Origin: a virus
IMG/VR virus record: IMGVR_UViG_3300024988_000067
Direction: 5' to 3' (one strand)
DNA: 64,000 nucleotides
Shown: one piece after another, positions 1 through 8,588 of the stretch
Numbering within the stretch: position 1 is the stretch's first letter
Layout of the letters: each line of letters begins with the position of its first letter
Translations under genes and position numbers: made by a program
The notes under the pieces: generated by a model
What the model was told of the DNA's origin: nothing
The model's database searches: none
What the model saw: only the letters and a program-made list of their open reading frames with translations

Positions 1-400
1 CTGCCGTTCGCAGCGAGCGAACAGCTAATATCACATCTTCCTTGAAGGAACGGGCGAGGGTCGCACGATATTCCCGATTGACTGGAAGCCCCATCATTTC
101 ACGAAGGAATTTCGCGTGTGACTTGGCCTGCTCCATTGGATCGCGCCTGCACCATATCGCCTTCGTACTGATTCCATTGGGAAGTGTGTATGTCTGCGGA
201 TCAAGCAGTTTGAGTGCATGGCCGCTGATTCCGTGCAGACGTTCAGCATCAATGAATTCTGGTTTCACGATATCGGATGCCTCGAATGCTGGATATTCGC
301 CTGTTACGGGCATGCCGCCTGCTTCCAGCATTTGCATGACAAGCGATGATCCACAGCGCCCGAAACCACATACGAGGGTGATGGATTCGTGTGTGTTCAT
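1..400 (-). CDS. Sulfotransferase-family protein (5' part; truncated by window start, complete at 38562-39149)
   Basis: GFGRCGSS resembles the 5'-PSB loop; RRDP motif follows. Confidence 0.7.
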   Translation of the reverse strand, partial: MNTHESITLVCGFGRCGSSLVMQMLEAGGMPVTGEYPAFEASDIVKPEFIDAERLHGISGHALKLLDPQTYTLPNGISTKAIWCRRDPMEQAKSHAKFLREMMGLPVNREYRATLARSFKEDVILAVRSLRTA

Positions 401-456
401 GCTGCCATTCCCCCAAGGTCAAGCTCTTCATTGAACAGGATCGGGCGCTCTTTCAT
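397..456 (-). pseudogene. Truncated remnant MKERPILFNEELDLGGMAA* of a common phage early gene
   Basis: MKERPILF is a recurrent N-terminus of phage proteins that normally continue ...MVRAIL..GRKTQTRR; here it stops after 19 aa. Confidence 0.4.
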
Positions 457-710
457 CCCGCTCTCCGCTTGAGAATCACCGGATGCGCCCACATCGCCGA
501 GACAATTCCCGCTGGGCCGCCGGCCAGGGTGGCGAGTATTTCGCTCCATCCCGCCCCTGGAAGGGTGCGCCATAGATAGATCTGGCACGCGCCGATGACA
601 AGGCTGGTGAGCGCGGCTGCCTTGAAGTGGCGGTGAATCACGTTCTGCTGCTGGAATCCGAGCGCAAATACAGTGAGGTATGCGCTGGTGAACAGGGCAA
701 GTTCGGTCAT
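453..710 (-). CDS. Small phage membrane protein (85 aa)
   Basis: 2-3 hydrophobic segments; overlaps neighbours in the early-left operon. Confidence 0.7.
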   Translation of the reverse strand: MTELALFTSAYLTVFALGFQQQNVIHRHFKAAALTSLVIGACQIYLWRTLPGAGWSEILATLAGGPAGIVSAMWAHPVILKRRAG

Positions 711-752
711 GACGCACCCCGCTTCATCAATTCTCGGTCGACGTGGTCGTGC

Positions 753-986
753 TCAATCGCTGGCATTGCACACCTCTGCGAGTTTGCGGATACGGCCGTC
801 GCGCAGCAGCGCCACGATCTCTTCGCGGTATTTGATGAGGTCGTCGAGCCAGTCCGGCAGTAGGGGAAGCGGCCACGAACGGCGATGCGTGGCGATGATG
901 CTGTCAAGCCGCTCGATGGCGTCGCGCTGCTGGGCAAGCGAATAGCATCGGCGGTCTTCGTCCGGGGAATGCAGGCGGGCAGTCAT
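753..986 (-). CDS. Hypothetical phage protein (MTARLHSP..., 77 aa)
   Basis: ATG overlaps the stop of the upstream ORF (ATGA). Confidence 0.55.
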   Translation of the reverse strand: MTARLHSPDEDRRCYSLAQQRDAIERLDSIIATHRRSWPLPLLPDWLDDLIKYREEIVALLRDGRIRKLAEVCNASD

Positions 987-1144
987 GCAACCACCTTTTC
1001 GGCGAGCTGCCACAGGACGATCAGCGCGAGGCCGATACAACAGGCCCAGCCGATGACGCTGTCGATGCGGCGATGGCAGGGGATGCCGCGCGAGGCGGCG
1101 CGGTTGGCGTCGCGGATCTGTTGGCGGGTGGAAAGTCCGTTCAT
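983..1144 (-). CDS. Small membrane protein (MNGLSTRQQIRD...LALIVLWQLAEKVVA, 53 aa)
   Basis: Translated by hand; ATGA overlaps at both ends; C-terminal hydrophobic helix. Confidence 0.55.
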   Translation of the reverse strand: MNGLSTRQQIRDANRAASRGIPCHRRIDSVIGWACCIGLALIVLWQLAEKVVA

Positions 1145-1374
1145 GCGGCCTCCAGATCAAGCGCGAGGTTGAATGCGACGGCCGGGTCGGCGTCGTTGGC
1201 GCGCTCGCAAGCCACCAGGGCGAGCAGCAGGATGTCGTCGCGGATGCGGTGGTCCGGCTCGTCCCGTGCGTCGCGCAGCAGGTCGCTGGCCAGTTCGTCC
1301 CAGATGGCTGGGTCGGCCTGGTCGATGGCGTCCTGCCAGCGGCAGGCGGTGCCGGTGGGGAGAATGATCGTCAT
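1141..1374 (-). CDS. Hypothetical phage protein (77 aa)
   Basis: ORF track; RBS-like AGGAG upstream; operon context. Confidence 0.6.
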   Translation of the reverse strand: MTIILPTGTACRWQDAIDQADPAIWDELASDLLRDARDEPDHRIRDDILLLALVACERANDADPAVAFNLALDLEAA

Positions 1375-1407
1375 GTCTCGCTCCTGATAGGTTGGCTTCT
1401 GCGTTCG

Positions 1408-2247
1408 TTACGGCTTTCCGACACTCAGTTCTCCGACATAAACCCCTGCCAATGCGTCTCCAAGCTCGTCGCGCAGTGTTTGCTCGACCCACGCGCTGGT
1501 TTCCTCCTGCAGGCGTTCACGGCCGACGATGCGCAGTGCGATACCGGGTTTTCCATCGTTCTCGCGCACGCCGAGACGGATGACGATTTCGAGCAAGTTG
1601 GTGCCAACGTAAAGCGGGCTGTGAAGGATGAAATAGGCAGGCAGCGTTTCGGAATCGCCTCGCGCTTCGATACTTTCGAGTGCGGTGCGGTTGCGGGCGA
1701 GGTCTCCTTCCTCGTTGACTACGCTGGCCTTGGCTTCGATCTTGACGCGCCGCAAGGCGGTGATGGCTTTGCGTTGCTCGATCCCGGCGCCGTCCTGGGC
1801 ATGCGCGGTGATGTGTTCGGGCCAGTCTTCGAGCCAGTCGATCACCTGCAGCTGGGTGCGCAGGTTTTTGGTCATGACGTCGGCGGCGGCCCATGCTGGT
1901 GCGGCGCGCAGATTGAGCACGGCGCGGTGATGGCCCCACTGCGGCGATTCGTCGTGGCCGTGGTCGAATACCGCCATTGCGGCACTGCCGTCGGGGCGAA
2001 CGTAGGCGGTGGGGGCGAAATCTTCTCCTAGGTCGGCCGCTGACTGCTTGGCATAGGCGATGAAGTCGCCGATGCGCTCGGTGGTGTAGCGATGGCGCTG
2101 GAAGCGCGGCGCAGAAGCGAACTGCTCGGCATGCTGCAGCGTTGCGCCGGGCGGAATGTAGAGCGCATGCCCGACGGTTTCGGTGTTGATCAGCTCGGCG
2201 ATCTTGTCGTTGATCGCGCTGATACGGTCGATGGCTGCGGCTTCCAT
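1408..2247 (-). CDS. DUF2303 / YfdQ-family phage protein
   Basis: IDWLEDW motif, RRVKIEA segment; adjacent to a YfdP-like gene as in lambdoid prophages. Confidence 0.8.
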   Translation of the reverse strand: MEAAAIDRISAINDKIAELINTETVGHALYIPPGATLQHAEQFASAPRFQRHRYTTERIGDFIAYAKQSAADLGEDFAPTAYVRPDGSAAMAVFDHGHDESPQWGHHRAVLNLRAAPAWAAADVMTKNLRTQLQVIDWLEDWPEHITAHAQDGAGIEQRKAITALRRVKIEAKASVVNEEGDLARNRTALESIEARGDSETLPAYFILHSPLYVGTNLLEIVIRLGVRENDGKPGIALRIVGRERLQEETSAWVEQTLRDELGDALAGVYVGELSVGKP

Positions 2248-2604
2248 TTATACCACCTCCCGCTGCTGTTTCTGGATGAGTTCGAGCTGCGTGTCGGGCG
2301 TTATGGTGAGCTTTCCGCCTCGGCCAACGTATAGCAGGGTCTGCGTGGTGTCGGTCTCCTGAATCTTGCCGCGCAGGGTGGGGCGGGCGTAGCTCAGCTT
2401 GTGGGTCATTTGTACTTGGGCGCCTTCGCCGATGCGGGTGATGTCGAGCTCGATGGTGATCTTGCCGGACTGTTTCTTGCTGTCTGCGTTGACCACCGCG
2501 CGGGCGGTTTCGGCCAGCGCGTGCGCTACCTTGCGTTCGAAGATCCCGGCGTCGAGCTCCTCGAGCACGGGAATGAAGCCGGGCACGTTCGTTGCGTCTG
2601 TCAT
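2248..2604 (-). CDS. YfdP-like phage protein
   Basis: ELDAGIFERK...GKITIELDI...HKLSYARPTLRGKIQETDTTQTLLYVGRGGKLT resembles E. coli prophage YfdP. Confidence 0.75.
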   Translation of the reverse strand: MTDATNVPGFIPVLEELDAGIFERKVAHALAETARAVVNADSKKQSGKITIELDITRIGEGAQVQMTHKLSYARPTLRGKIQETDTTQTLLYVGRGGKLTITPDTQLELIQKQQREVV

Positions 2605-2755
2605 GTTCTGCTCCTGGTTGATGGACTGTTTCCCCAACATCACCCTGCGTCTTCGTGAGGCTCCTAGCCGGTTGCCCGACCGTGGGATGGGTCTGTGCCC
2701 ATCACGTCTGCCGCCTGGGGTGCGCCAACTTGGGCGCGCGGCTACGAGGTGACCT

Positions 2756-2802
2756 AATTATTCATACATGTATTAGATATGTCAATACATGCATGAATAA
2801 TT
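2756..2802 (-). promoter_or_regulatory. pL-like sigma70 promoter overlapped by a 19-bp inverted-repeat operator
   Basis: Minus strand TTGACA (2785-2780), 17-bp spacer, AATAAT (2762-2757); arms aattattcatacatgtatt / aatacatgcatgaataatt have 1 mismatch and a 9-bp spacer. Confidence 0.8.
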
Positions 2803-2937
2803 CATGGCACAATGAAGCCACGCCCGAGGTTGGCGGGTTCAAAAGGGGGTCAGAAATGGAGATGCGTGACGGTGAAATTACGGTGGGCGATTGCCCGGAA
2901 TTCACTGTGGGGTTCAGCTACTGCGGTATCGCTGTGA

Positions 2938-3132
2938 CTATGAGCGTGAAAATCGAAGAGCGAGCTTTGCTAATGCCGCTTGACTACCCACGAGATAGTA
3001 CCGAACGGTTGACTGCTGTTTGTGCTCAGGCAATCGGGAGCACAGCTCGTCAAATCGCTGCGCAAGCGCTGCAAGCTCACACTGAATTTGAGCAAACGCT
3101 ACGTCAGGCGGATATTGATGATCATCGGTCAT
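2938..3132 (-). CDS. Hypothetical protein (64 aa)
   Basis: Starts 3 nt after the stop of the upstream minus-strand gene; an overlapping + ORF is an alternative. Confidence 0.45.
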   Translation of the reverse strand: MTDDHQYPPDVAFAQIQCELAALAQRFDELCSRLPEHKQQSTVRYYLVGSQAALAKLALRFSRS

Positions 3133-3135
3133 GGG

Positions 3136-3561
3136 TCAGTCCTGCCATGATCTGACCGATTCGACCGTGACGTCGAAGCGTTTGATGGCGGGGTCGTGTT
3201 CGAGCCAATGGTCCAGCGAAAACACATAGCGGCCGGGTGGAATGTTCTTGACGCTCGCCGGCCAGGCGGCGTGCGATGCGATCGGGGCGCCCGATTTGTC
3301 GTATCCGGTCATCCTTAGCTGAATGCCGACTGCCGCGCGGCAATTGTTGATCAGTTCGCCTGCGCCTTGCAGGTAGGCACAGGACATGGTGCGGCAGTTG
3401 TCTACCCAGCGGGCGCGGACGGATTTGATCACGATGTCGCCAGGGCGGCATTCCGTTTGGGATGCAACGGCAATCGATCCGGTGTGCCTGGGCGTATCGA
3501 TCAGCGGGTAGAGGATTGCGGTGCCGATGGCTGATGCGATTAGGATTTTTCGCGTATTCAT
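3136..3561 (-). CDS. Exported/membrane-anchored protein, moron-like (141 aa)
   Basis: N-terminal MNTRKILIASAIGTAILY signal/TM, beta-rich remainder; ATGA-coupled to the HIRAN gene. Confidence 0.65.
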   Translation of the reverse strand: MNTRKILIASAIGTAILYPLIDTPRHTGSIAVASQTECRPGDIVIKSVRARWVDNCRTMSCAYLQGAGELINNCRAAVGIQLRMTGYDKSGAPIASHAAWPASVKNIPPGRYVFSLDHWLEHDPAIKRFDVTVESVRSWQD

Positions 3562-4040
3562 ATTTCGGCTATTCCGAGCCAGATCCCGTAATTCATGCCA
3601 TCTCCACCGCCAACAATCATGGCAGGGCATGTTGCGACAGGCGGCAGGCTTTTATTTTTTGCGAGTGTGCGATAGGCGCGCGCGGTAGCGCGCGAGAGAT
3701 AGCCTACAGTTTGCCCGCCGATTTTTATGGCGACGGCTTTGTCGTCATGCGGGTTGTTGTCTTCAAGCTCGATGGTGGCCTGGACGATGTTGTGTCCGGC
3801 TGGCAGGGATTTCGCGACGACACGGATGGCTGGTTGATAACTGGCTTCACCGACGATTTCCTGATCGAACTCGCCATCTCCGCATAGCGTGTGATTATCG
3901 CTGATCGCTTCATCGCGGTCCTTGTAGTATTTGATGGTGACGCGATTTGATGGTTTTCCCGCGTCGCTTGTCTTGAACGAGTTAATCAGATACAGCGTAA
4001 TTCCGCCAAGAACAAGTATCAATATGACGAAGGTTTCCAC
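3558..4040 (-). CDS. HIRAN-domain protein with N-terminal TM helix
   Basis: EIVGEASYQ...ELEDNNPHDDKAVAIKIGGQTVGYLSR is a typical HIRAN signature. Confidence 0.8.
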   Translation of the reverse strand: METFVILILVLGGITLYLINSFKTSDAGKPSNRVTIKYYKDRDEAISDNHTLCGDGEFDQEIVGEASYQPAIRVVAKSLPAGHNIVQATIELEDNNPHDDKAVAIKIGGQTVGYLSRATARAYRTLAKNKSLPPVATCPAMIVGGGDGMNYGIWLGIAEI

Positions 4041-4113
4041 ATTTTGCTCCTCCCTTTATTCGAATTGAAGCTCCAACTGTACCGCGAACTGCAGAATTTT
4101 GGCCGTGTTGGTG

Positions 4114-4482
4114 TTACCCGTGTTTTTGTTCTTCTGATTCAGCAAGTGTAAGTGCTGTGCTGACAAGCACGGCTTTCTTGTAGCTCGGTAGAACCTGCAT
4201 TACATGCTGCAAGGTCTGCATCTGCTTATCGTCCTCAAGCGGAGTTTCGCCAAGTAGCTGTGAGGTTGTCACCCCGAAATAGGCCCCCAGCACCTTCAGC
4301 GTCGGTAGCGTCGGAGTGTAGTTCTGGACATTGAGGATGCGCCAAATCGTCGGCTGGAAATCCTTTTTTTGGTCGGGATTCGACGGATCAATCTCCGCAA
4401 GCTTGGCGGCCAATTGATGCGCATTGACTCCGTCCCGCTCCATCAATGATGCGAGCACCCCTTTAATCGTTGGTTCGGACAT
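4114..4482 (-). CDS. cI: CI-like XRE-family repressor (no S24 peptidase domain)
   Basis: HTH QPTIWRILNVQNYTPTLPTLKVLGAYFGVTTSQLLG; divergent from a cro-like gene; start chosen at MSEPT. Confidence 0.75.
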   Translation of the reverse strand: MSEPTIKGVLASLMERDGVNAHQLAAKLAEIDPSNPDQKKDFQPTIWRILNVQNYTPTLPTLKVLGAYFGVTTSQLLGETPLEDDKQMQTLQHVMQVLPSYKKAVLVSTALTLAESEEQKHG

Positions 4483-4509
4483 GCCGCCTATTGTCCAGTG
4501 CAGTTGTAT

Positions 4510-4562
4510 CGCAGGGAAATACATTGGTGTATATTGCATATTATTCATCGATGTATTAATCT
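4510..4562 (+). promoter_or_regulatory. pR/oR region between cI and cro
   Basis: attattcatcgatgtatt (4540-4557) is 16/18 identical to the pL operator arm; TTGCAT-17-TAATCT candidate promoter. Confidence 0.65.
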
Positions 4563-4568
4563 GGCGTT

Positions 4569-4859
4569 ATGTTCAAGCGATTGATCGAAGACCTCATTGA
4601 AACCGGGATGACTGAAACAGCCATCGCGTTGCGTGTCGGCGCTTCCCAGGCGAGCATCAACAGGATCAAACGCACGAACCAGAACCCTAAGTACGAGCTC
4701 GGCGTAGCACTCGTCGCGCTTCATGGGCAGATCACACAAAAGCAGACGGTAACGGAACAGGCACCTGAATCGACCTTCGGCGATCTTGGCGAGCCGCGCG
4801 ACAGCGAGCGCCGGGTGGAAGATCGCCGGACGACCTGTGCCGACGAGAAGGCCGCTTGA
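4569..4859 (+). CDS. cro: Cro-like HTH regulator
   Basis: GMTETAIALRVGASQASINRIKR HTH, divergent from cI. Confidence 0.75.
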   Translation: MFKRLIEDLIETGMTETAIALRVGASQASINRIKRTNQNPKYELGVALVALHGQITQKQTVTEQAPESTFGDLGEPRDSERRVEDRRTTCADEKAA

Positions 4860-4880
4860 TGGATTCGATGATGCTATTTA

Positions 4881-5117
4881 TCAATGCGCGGCTTGCGTGC
4901 TGGGATGGTTGGCAGCGATCGCATCGCGCCAGCGCTGGATGTTTGTGCGCGCGCCTCGGGTCGGAATGTTTGATGTTTTTAAAACGTGTTCGAGTGTTGC
5001 TATGTACTCGGCGGTGATGTCTGGATGGTGCTTGAGCAATGCGTTGATGAGCGCGGATAGCGCGATTTCTTGCGCCATGACCGAATCGGCAAGAAATTGC
5101 ATCTGTTTGTTGTCCAT
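4881..5117 (-). CDS. Hypothetical protein (78 aa), antisense in the early-right region
   Basis: ORF with RBS-like GAAAGGA upstream. Confidence 0.5.
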   Translation of the reverse strand: MDNKQMQFLADSVMAQEIALSALINALLKHHPDITAEYIATLEHVLKTSNIPTRGARTNIQRWRDAIAANHPSTQAAH

Positions 5118-5243
5118 GTCCGTTCCTTTCGGTGTGTGGTTGGGTGAGACTTTCCATTCTACCGATCCCGGGACGGGCGCCCGATACTCCCTGGCAGGCG
5201 GGGTGCAGTGTGTGTCTGCCCATGCAGTTCTCCTCCGATCTTT

Positions 5244-5274
5244 CCCCGGCGCTGTCCTGGCCGGGGCTTTTTTT
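5244..5274 (+). terminator. tR1-like intrinsic terminator
   Basis: ccccggc...gccgggg stem followed by a T-run. Confidence 0.6.
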
Positions 5275-5395
5275 GGGCGGAATCAATATGCGCGGGAGGG
5301 CGTAATGGGTCGTCATGGCGTTGTGTCGAAAATGGGCATGCCTCGCAGCCTAATTTTTTTGCCGTCTCGGCTACAGGAAAGTACTGGAAAGAATC

Positions 5396-5779
5396 ATGAC
5401 GGTACGTTCCGGTAGCCAGTTGACGCTCGATTTCGAACCCGGTCTGGCGGAGCGCCATGAGACGCTGCTGGATTGCGTCCGGCAATGCGCCTATACGCAT
5501 CGCAACCCGCTGAAGACGATCGCGGCGGATATGGATATGAGCCAGTCCGAATTGTCGCGGAAGCTGTCCGGAAACCCGGACGATCCGCGCCGGTTCTCGG
5601 TGGACGATCTGGAGCGTTTCGTAACAGAAACGGGCGATGTGAAGCCGATTCTGTATCTGGTCGAAAAATTCCTGACCGATGAGGATGCGAAGCAGCGCGC
5701 CGCGCATCAGCGACTGGCGCAGATGCTGCCGGATGTGCTGGCGCTGATTAAGACGGTTTCACAAGGGGTGCAAGAGTGA
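5396..5779 (+). CDS. CII-like phage regulatory protein
   Basis: LKTIAADMDMSQSELSRKL HTH; lies between cro and the replication gene. Confidence 0.65.
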   Translation: MTVRSGSQLTLDFEPGLAERHETLLDCVRQCAYTHRNPLKTIAADMDMSQSELSRKLSGNPDDPRRFSVDDLERFVTETGDVKPILYLVEKFLTDEDAKQRAAHQRLAQMLPDVLALIKTVSQGVQE

Positions 5780-5964
5780 GCCTTCTCCATGACATTGAAC
5801 GCTGCGCCGGTAATGGCGACCCGCAATGCATCGATTGCCAGCGTCGTGAGCCCGGCAGCCCAAATTCATCGAATGGCCTGCCGGTTCCAAGCGGAACCGA
5901 ATGCAGCAAGCGGATCGTGACGCTTGAGGTGGCGATTCTTGAGACGCAGGGAAGGGGGGATTGA
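5776..5964 (+). CDS. Small Cys-containing hypothetical protein
   Basis: Overlaps both neighbours by 4 nt. Confidence 0.5.
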   Translation: MSLLHDIERCAGNGDPQCIDCQRREPGSPNSSNGLPVPSGTECSKRIVTLEVAILETQGRGD

Positions 5965-6935
5965 TGGCACGCGCACGCAATCTGAAACCCGGATTTTTCC
6001 ACAATGCAGATCTGGTCGAGCTGCCTGTCGAGACACGGTTGCTGTTCGCTGGGCTGTGGACGTTGGCTGATCGGGAGGGTCGGATCGTCGATCGGCCCAA
6101 GCAGATCAAGATGGAAATCTATCCGGCTGATTCATTCGATGTGGATAGTTTGTTGCAGCAGCTGCACGACTCGGGGTTCATCATCCGATACGAAGTCAAT
6201 AAGATCAAATACATACAGGTGCTCAACTTCCTGAAGCACCAGAATCCTCATTATCAGGAAAAGGTCAGTGTGATTCCTCCACCGGATGATGGGGGGATCA
6301 ATCCAGGGCAAGCCTCGGATAAAACTAGGAGTCCTCTCAGGCCAATCGGGCTGAATCCTGAATCCCTATTACTGAATCCTGAATCTCATAGCAGGCAGCA
6401 GCAAGGTGCTAGCTGTGTAGGGGCTCGGGATGCCTCGGGCTTGTCCGGGGCGAGTCTGGGGCTTTCACCGGATGAAACGCCTCCGGATGACGACGAAACC
6501 CCGCCTCCAAGGGAAAACCCGCAGGCTGCGGAGCCGATTGCCGACGCGGTGACGACGCGGGCGGTGGAAATCGCGGTGTTGCTGCGCAAGCGCGGTGCGG
6601 GGGTGGCCGCGGGTGATCCGCGATTGCGAACCTGGGCTGAACGCGGGGTGACGGACGCGGCGTTGTTGACGGCGCTGGAAACGGCGGAGAAGCGCCGCGA
6701 GGCGGCGGGGAATCTGAACCCGGTGAATGCGGGGCTGCTGGATGCGATTCTGGCGGATGCGCGTTCTCCGCCCAAGGGTGGCAGCGGGGCTGGGGTGCCG
6801 TGGTGGTCGACGGACCAGACGGTGCTGGCGAAGGGGCGTGAGCTTGGGCTGGAGGCGAGGCCGGGTGAGTCGATGGGGCAGTTCAAGGGCCGGGTAGCCG
6901 AGAAGATCGGGCAGGCAGAGGGGGCAGTGGCATGA
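5961..6935 (+). CDS. Phage replication initiator (O-like replisome organiser)
   Basis: ARARNLKPGFF...RLLFAGLWTLADREGR...RPKQIKMEIYP N-terminus; internal ctgaatcctgaatc repeats (LNPES x2) may mark the origin. Confidence 0.8.
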   Translation: MMARARNLKPGFFHNADLVELPVETRLLFAGLWTLADREGRIVDRPKQIKMEIYPADSFDVDSLLQQLHDSGFIIRYEVNKIKYIQVLNFLKHQNPHYQEKVSVIPPPDDGGINPGQASDKTRSPLRPIGLNPESLLLNPESHSRQQQGASCVGARDASGLSGASLGLSPDETPPDDDETPPPRENPQAAEPIADAVTTRAVEIAVLLRKRGAGVAAGDPRLRTWAERGVTDAALLTALETAEKRREAAGNLNPVNAGLLDAILADARSPPKGGSGAGVPWWSTDQTVLAKGRELGLEARPGESMGQFKGRVAEKIGQAEGAVA

Positions 6936-7270
6936 GCGAGGACAGGGTGGTTTGCATGAGGGGGAGGTCTGGCAACGATGCGCTGTGGGATTGGTTCGGC
7001 TCGAGCCGGGCTTGTTGGCTAACGCTGCCCCGGGTGCTGATGCATTCGATGCCAGACGACTGGCAGGAACGCATGGCGGGGCTGCTGTGCGAGTTCGACC
7101 AGGAATTTCCAAACCAGCCTGAGCTGTGCACGCGAGTGAGCATCACCGATCACGGGGGGCGCCGTATGGGTTATCCATCGTGGCTGGTGGACTACCGTCA
7201 TCCGGACCGTAGCGCGGTCAATCGCATGCGCGGGCCTTCGATGGTGGAGGTGTCGAATGGCAAAAAATGA
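6932..7270 (+). CDS. Conserved phage hypothetical protein
   Basis: WLTLPRVLMHSMPDDWQERMAGLL motif; ATGA coupling. Confidence 0.65.
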   Translation: MSEDRVVCMRGRSGNDALWDWFGSSRACWLTLPRVLMHSMPDDWQERMAGLLCEFDQEFPNQPELCTRVSITDHGGRRMGYPSWLVDYRHPDRSAVNRMRGPSMVEVSNGKK

Positions 7271-7715
7271 CCGTCTGGTGAAGGCGTGGAAGATGCGGCG
7301 CGATGTTCATGCCTGGATCGAGGCCAACCCGGATTGTTCGATGCCCGAGATCAAGCGGAATTTCAGCAAGATTAACCCGGAGACGGTGCGCTGGGTGGTG
7401 AAGCGTCTCGTGCTGGCCAAGCTGGTGCAGGCGGAATCCCATTGCTATCGGGCGCTGCGTGAGTTCGACCAGCCCATGGAAGCGGCGCGCGACAGGTTGC
7501 GTGAGGGTGGGCGTGCGTCGGGCAGGGTGCAAGGCTTGACGAATGCATCCCGCACCAGGAATCCGGACGGCACTTTCGCAGCAGTTCATGCCGGGACAAA
7601 TCGTGTGAAATATATAAACCGCCCGGCAGTCAAGCGAGCGATCCCGAATCAGGGCGGGCAGGGTGCAGGCGGCGCGTGGCGCGGCGGACGGTCGTCGCTG
7701 ATGATGGTTGGATAA
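7257..7715 (+). CDS. Putative winged-HTH DNA-binding protein
   Basis: VHAWIEANPDCSMPEIKRNF...PETVRWVVKRLV. Confidence 0.55.
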   Translation: MAKNDRLVKAWKMRRDVHAWIEANPDCSMPEIKRNFSKINPETVRWVVKRLVLAKLVQAESHCYRALREFDQPMEAARDRLREGGRASGRVQGLTNASRTRNPDGTFAAVHAGTNRVKYINRPAVKRAIPNQGGQGAGGAWRGGRSSLMMVG

Positions 7716-7725
7716 GGGTGAATAA

Positions 7726-8118
7726 ATGATTTCGCATATCAACGACAAGCTGAATATCTGGGCCAGATGGGTGGTTGGCGGCCGCAAAGTTGGGGGCCTG
7801 GGCTATCCGAGTCAGTGCGCCTTCACCCGGGTTGGCATGCCAAGCGCACCGCGCGACCCGACCATGAACGAGCAGGCTTGGGAAATCGAACAGGCCGTGC
7901 ATCGATTGGATGCAAGTCTGCGTGATGTGATCGAGCAATTCTATCTGCGTGCAGGGACGGCGGAGTCGCATGCCAGGGATCTGCATATCTGCCGCGACAC
8001 GCTATACGTCCGCCTGCATATGGCACATACGCGCATCATGGAGTGGATGCAGGTGGGTGATGATGAAATAGAGTGCTTGACACGCTCCGACACATTTGGT
8101 ACAAAGCAGCTAAGCTGA
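7726..8118 (+). CDS. Q-like late antiterminator
   Basis: LNIWARW...GLGYPS...EIEQAVHRL...ICRDTLYVRLHMAH; followed by a pR'-tR' arrangement. Confidence 0.75.
   Translation: MISHINDKLNIWARWVVGGRKVGGLGYPSQCAFTRVGMPSAPRDPTMNEQAWEIEQAVHRLDASLRDVIEQFYLRAGTAESHARDLHICRDTLYVRLHMAHTRIMEWMQVGDDEIECLTRSDTFGTKQLS
8077..8105 (+). promoter_or_regulatory. Late promoter pR'-like
   Basis: TTGACA (8077-8082), 17-bp spacer, TACAAA (8100-8105). Confidence 0.65.
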
Positions 8119-8136
8119 GATTAGCTGTCACTACAC

Positions 8137-8158
8137 AACCCGCGAAAGCGGGTTTTTT
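8137..8158 (+). terminator. tR'-like terminator
   Basis: aacccgc-gaaa-gcgggtt-tttt, about 30 nt downstream of pR'. Confidence 0.8.
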
Positions 8159-8159
8159 C

Positions 8160-8480
8160 ATGCCCGCAAACAACGCCAGGCCAAGCTCTACGCAGCGTGG
8201 ATACGGCTACAAGTGGCAGAAGGCGAGTGCCGGTTATCTCAGATCGCATCCGCTGTGTGCAGAGCACATGAAGCGCGGCCAGGTTGTTGCCGCAACCGTT
8301 GTCGATCACATCATTCCGCACCGTGGAGACCAGGCATTGTTCTGGGACAAATCGAACTGGCAGTCGCTATGCAAGCGTTGCCACGATAGCCATAAGCAGC
8401 GGATTGAGAAGTCTGGACGCGAGGCTGGATGCGATGTATCCGGAATTCCGATAGACAAGACACATCATTGGAACAGGTAG
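8160..8480 (+). CDS. Terminase-associated HNH endonuclease (HK97 gp74-like)
   Basis: RGYGYKWQK...HPLCAEH...VVDHIIPHRGD...LFWDKSNWQSLCKRCHD. Confidence 0.9.
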   Translation: MPANNARPSSTQRGYGYKWQKASAGYLRSHPLCAEHMKRGQVVAATVVDHIIPHRGDQALFWDKSNWQSLCKRCHDSHKQRIEKSGREAGCDVSGIPIDKTHHWNR

Positions 8481-8588
8481 GGGAGGGCGGGTAAAAACTC
8501 CGCCCCCCACCCGTTCTAGACCGTGCCCCTACCTTTTCTTGCAGGCCCGCAGGTTGCATGGGGGTAGGGGTTGATCAGGAGTAGCACA
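8481..8588. other. Probable cos region
   Basis: G/C-tract intergenic region between HNH and terS, where cos usually lies in HK97-like phages; exact cut site not identifiable. Confidence 0.4.

Noticed and set aside
2655-3155. Plus-strand 166-aa ORF
   Set aside because: Overlaps the pL promoter and a better-coupled minus-strand ORF; no recognisable motif
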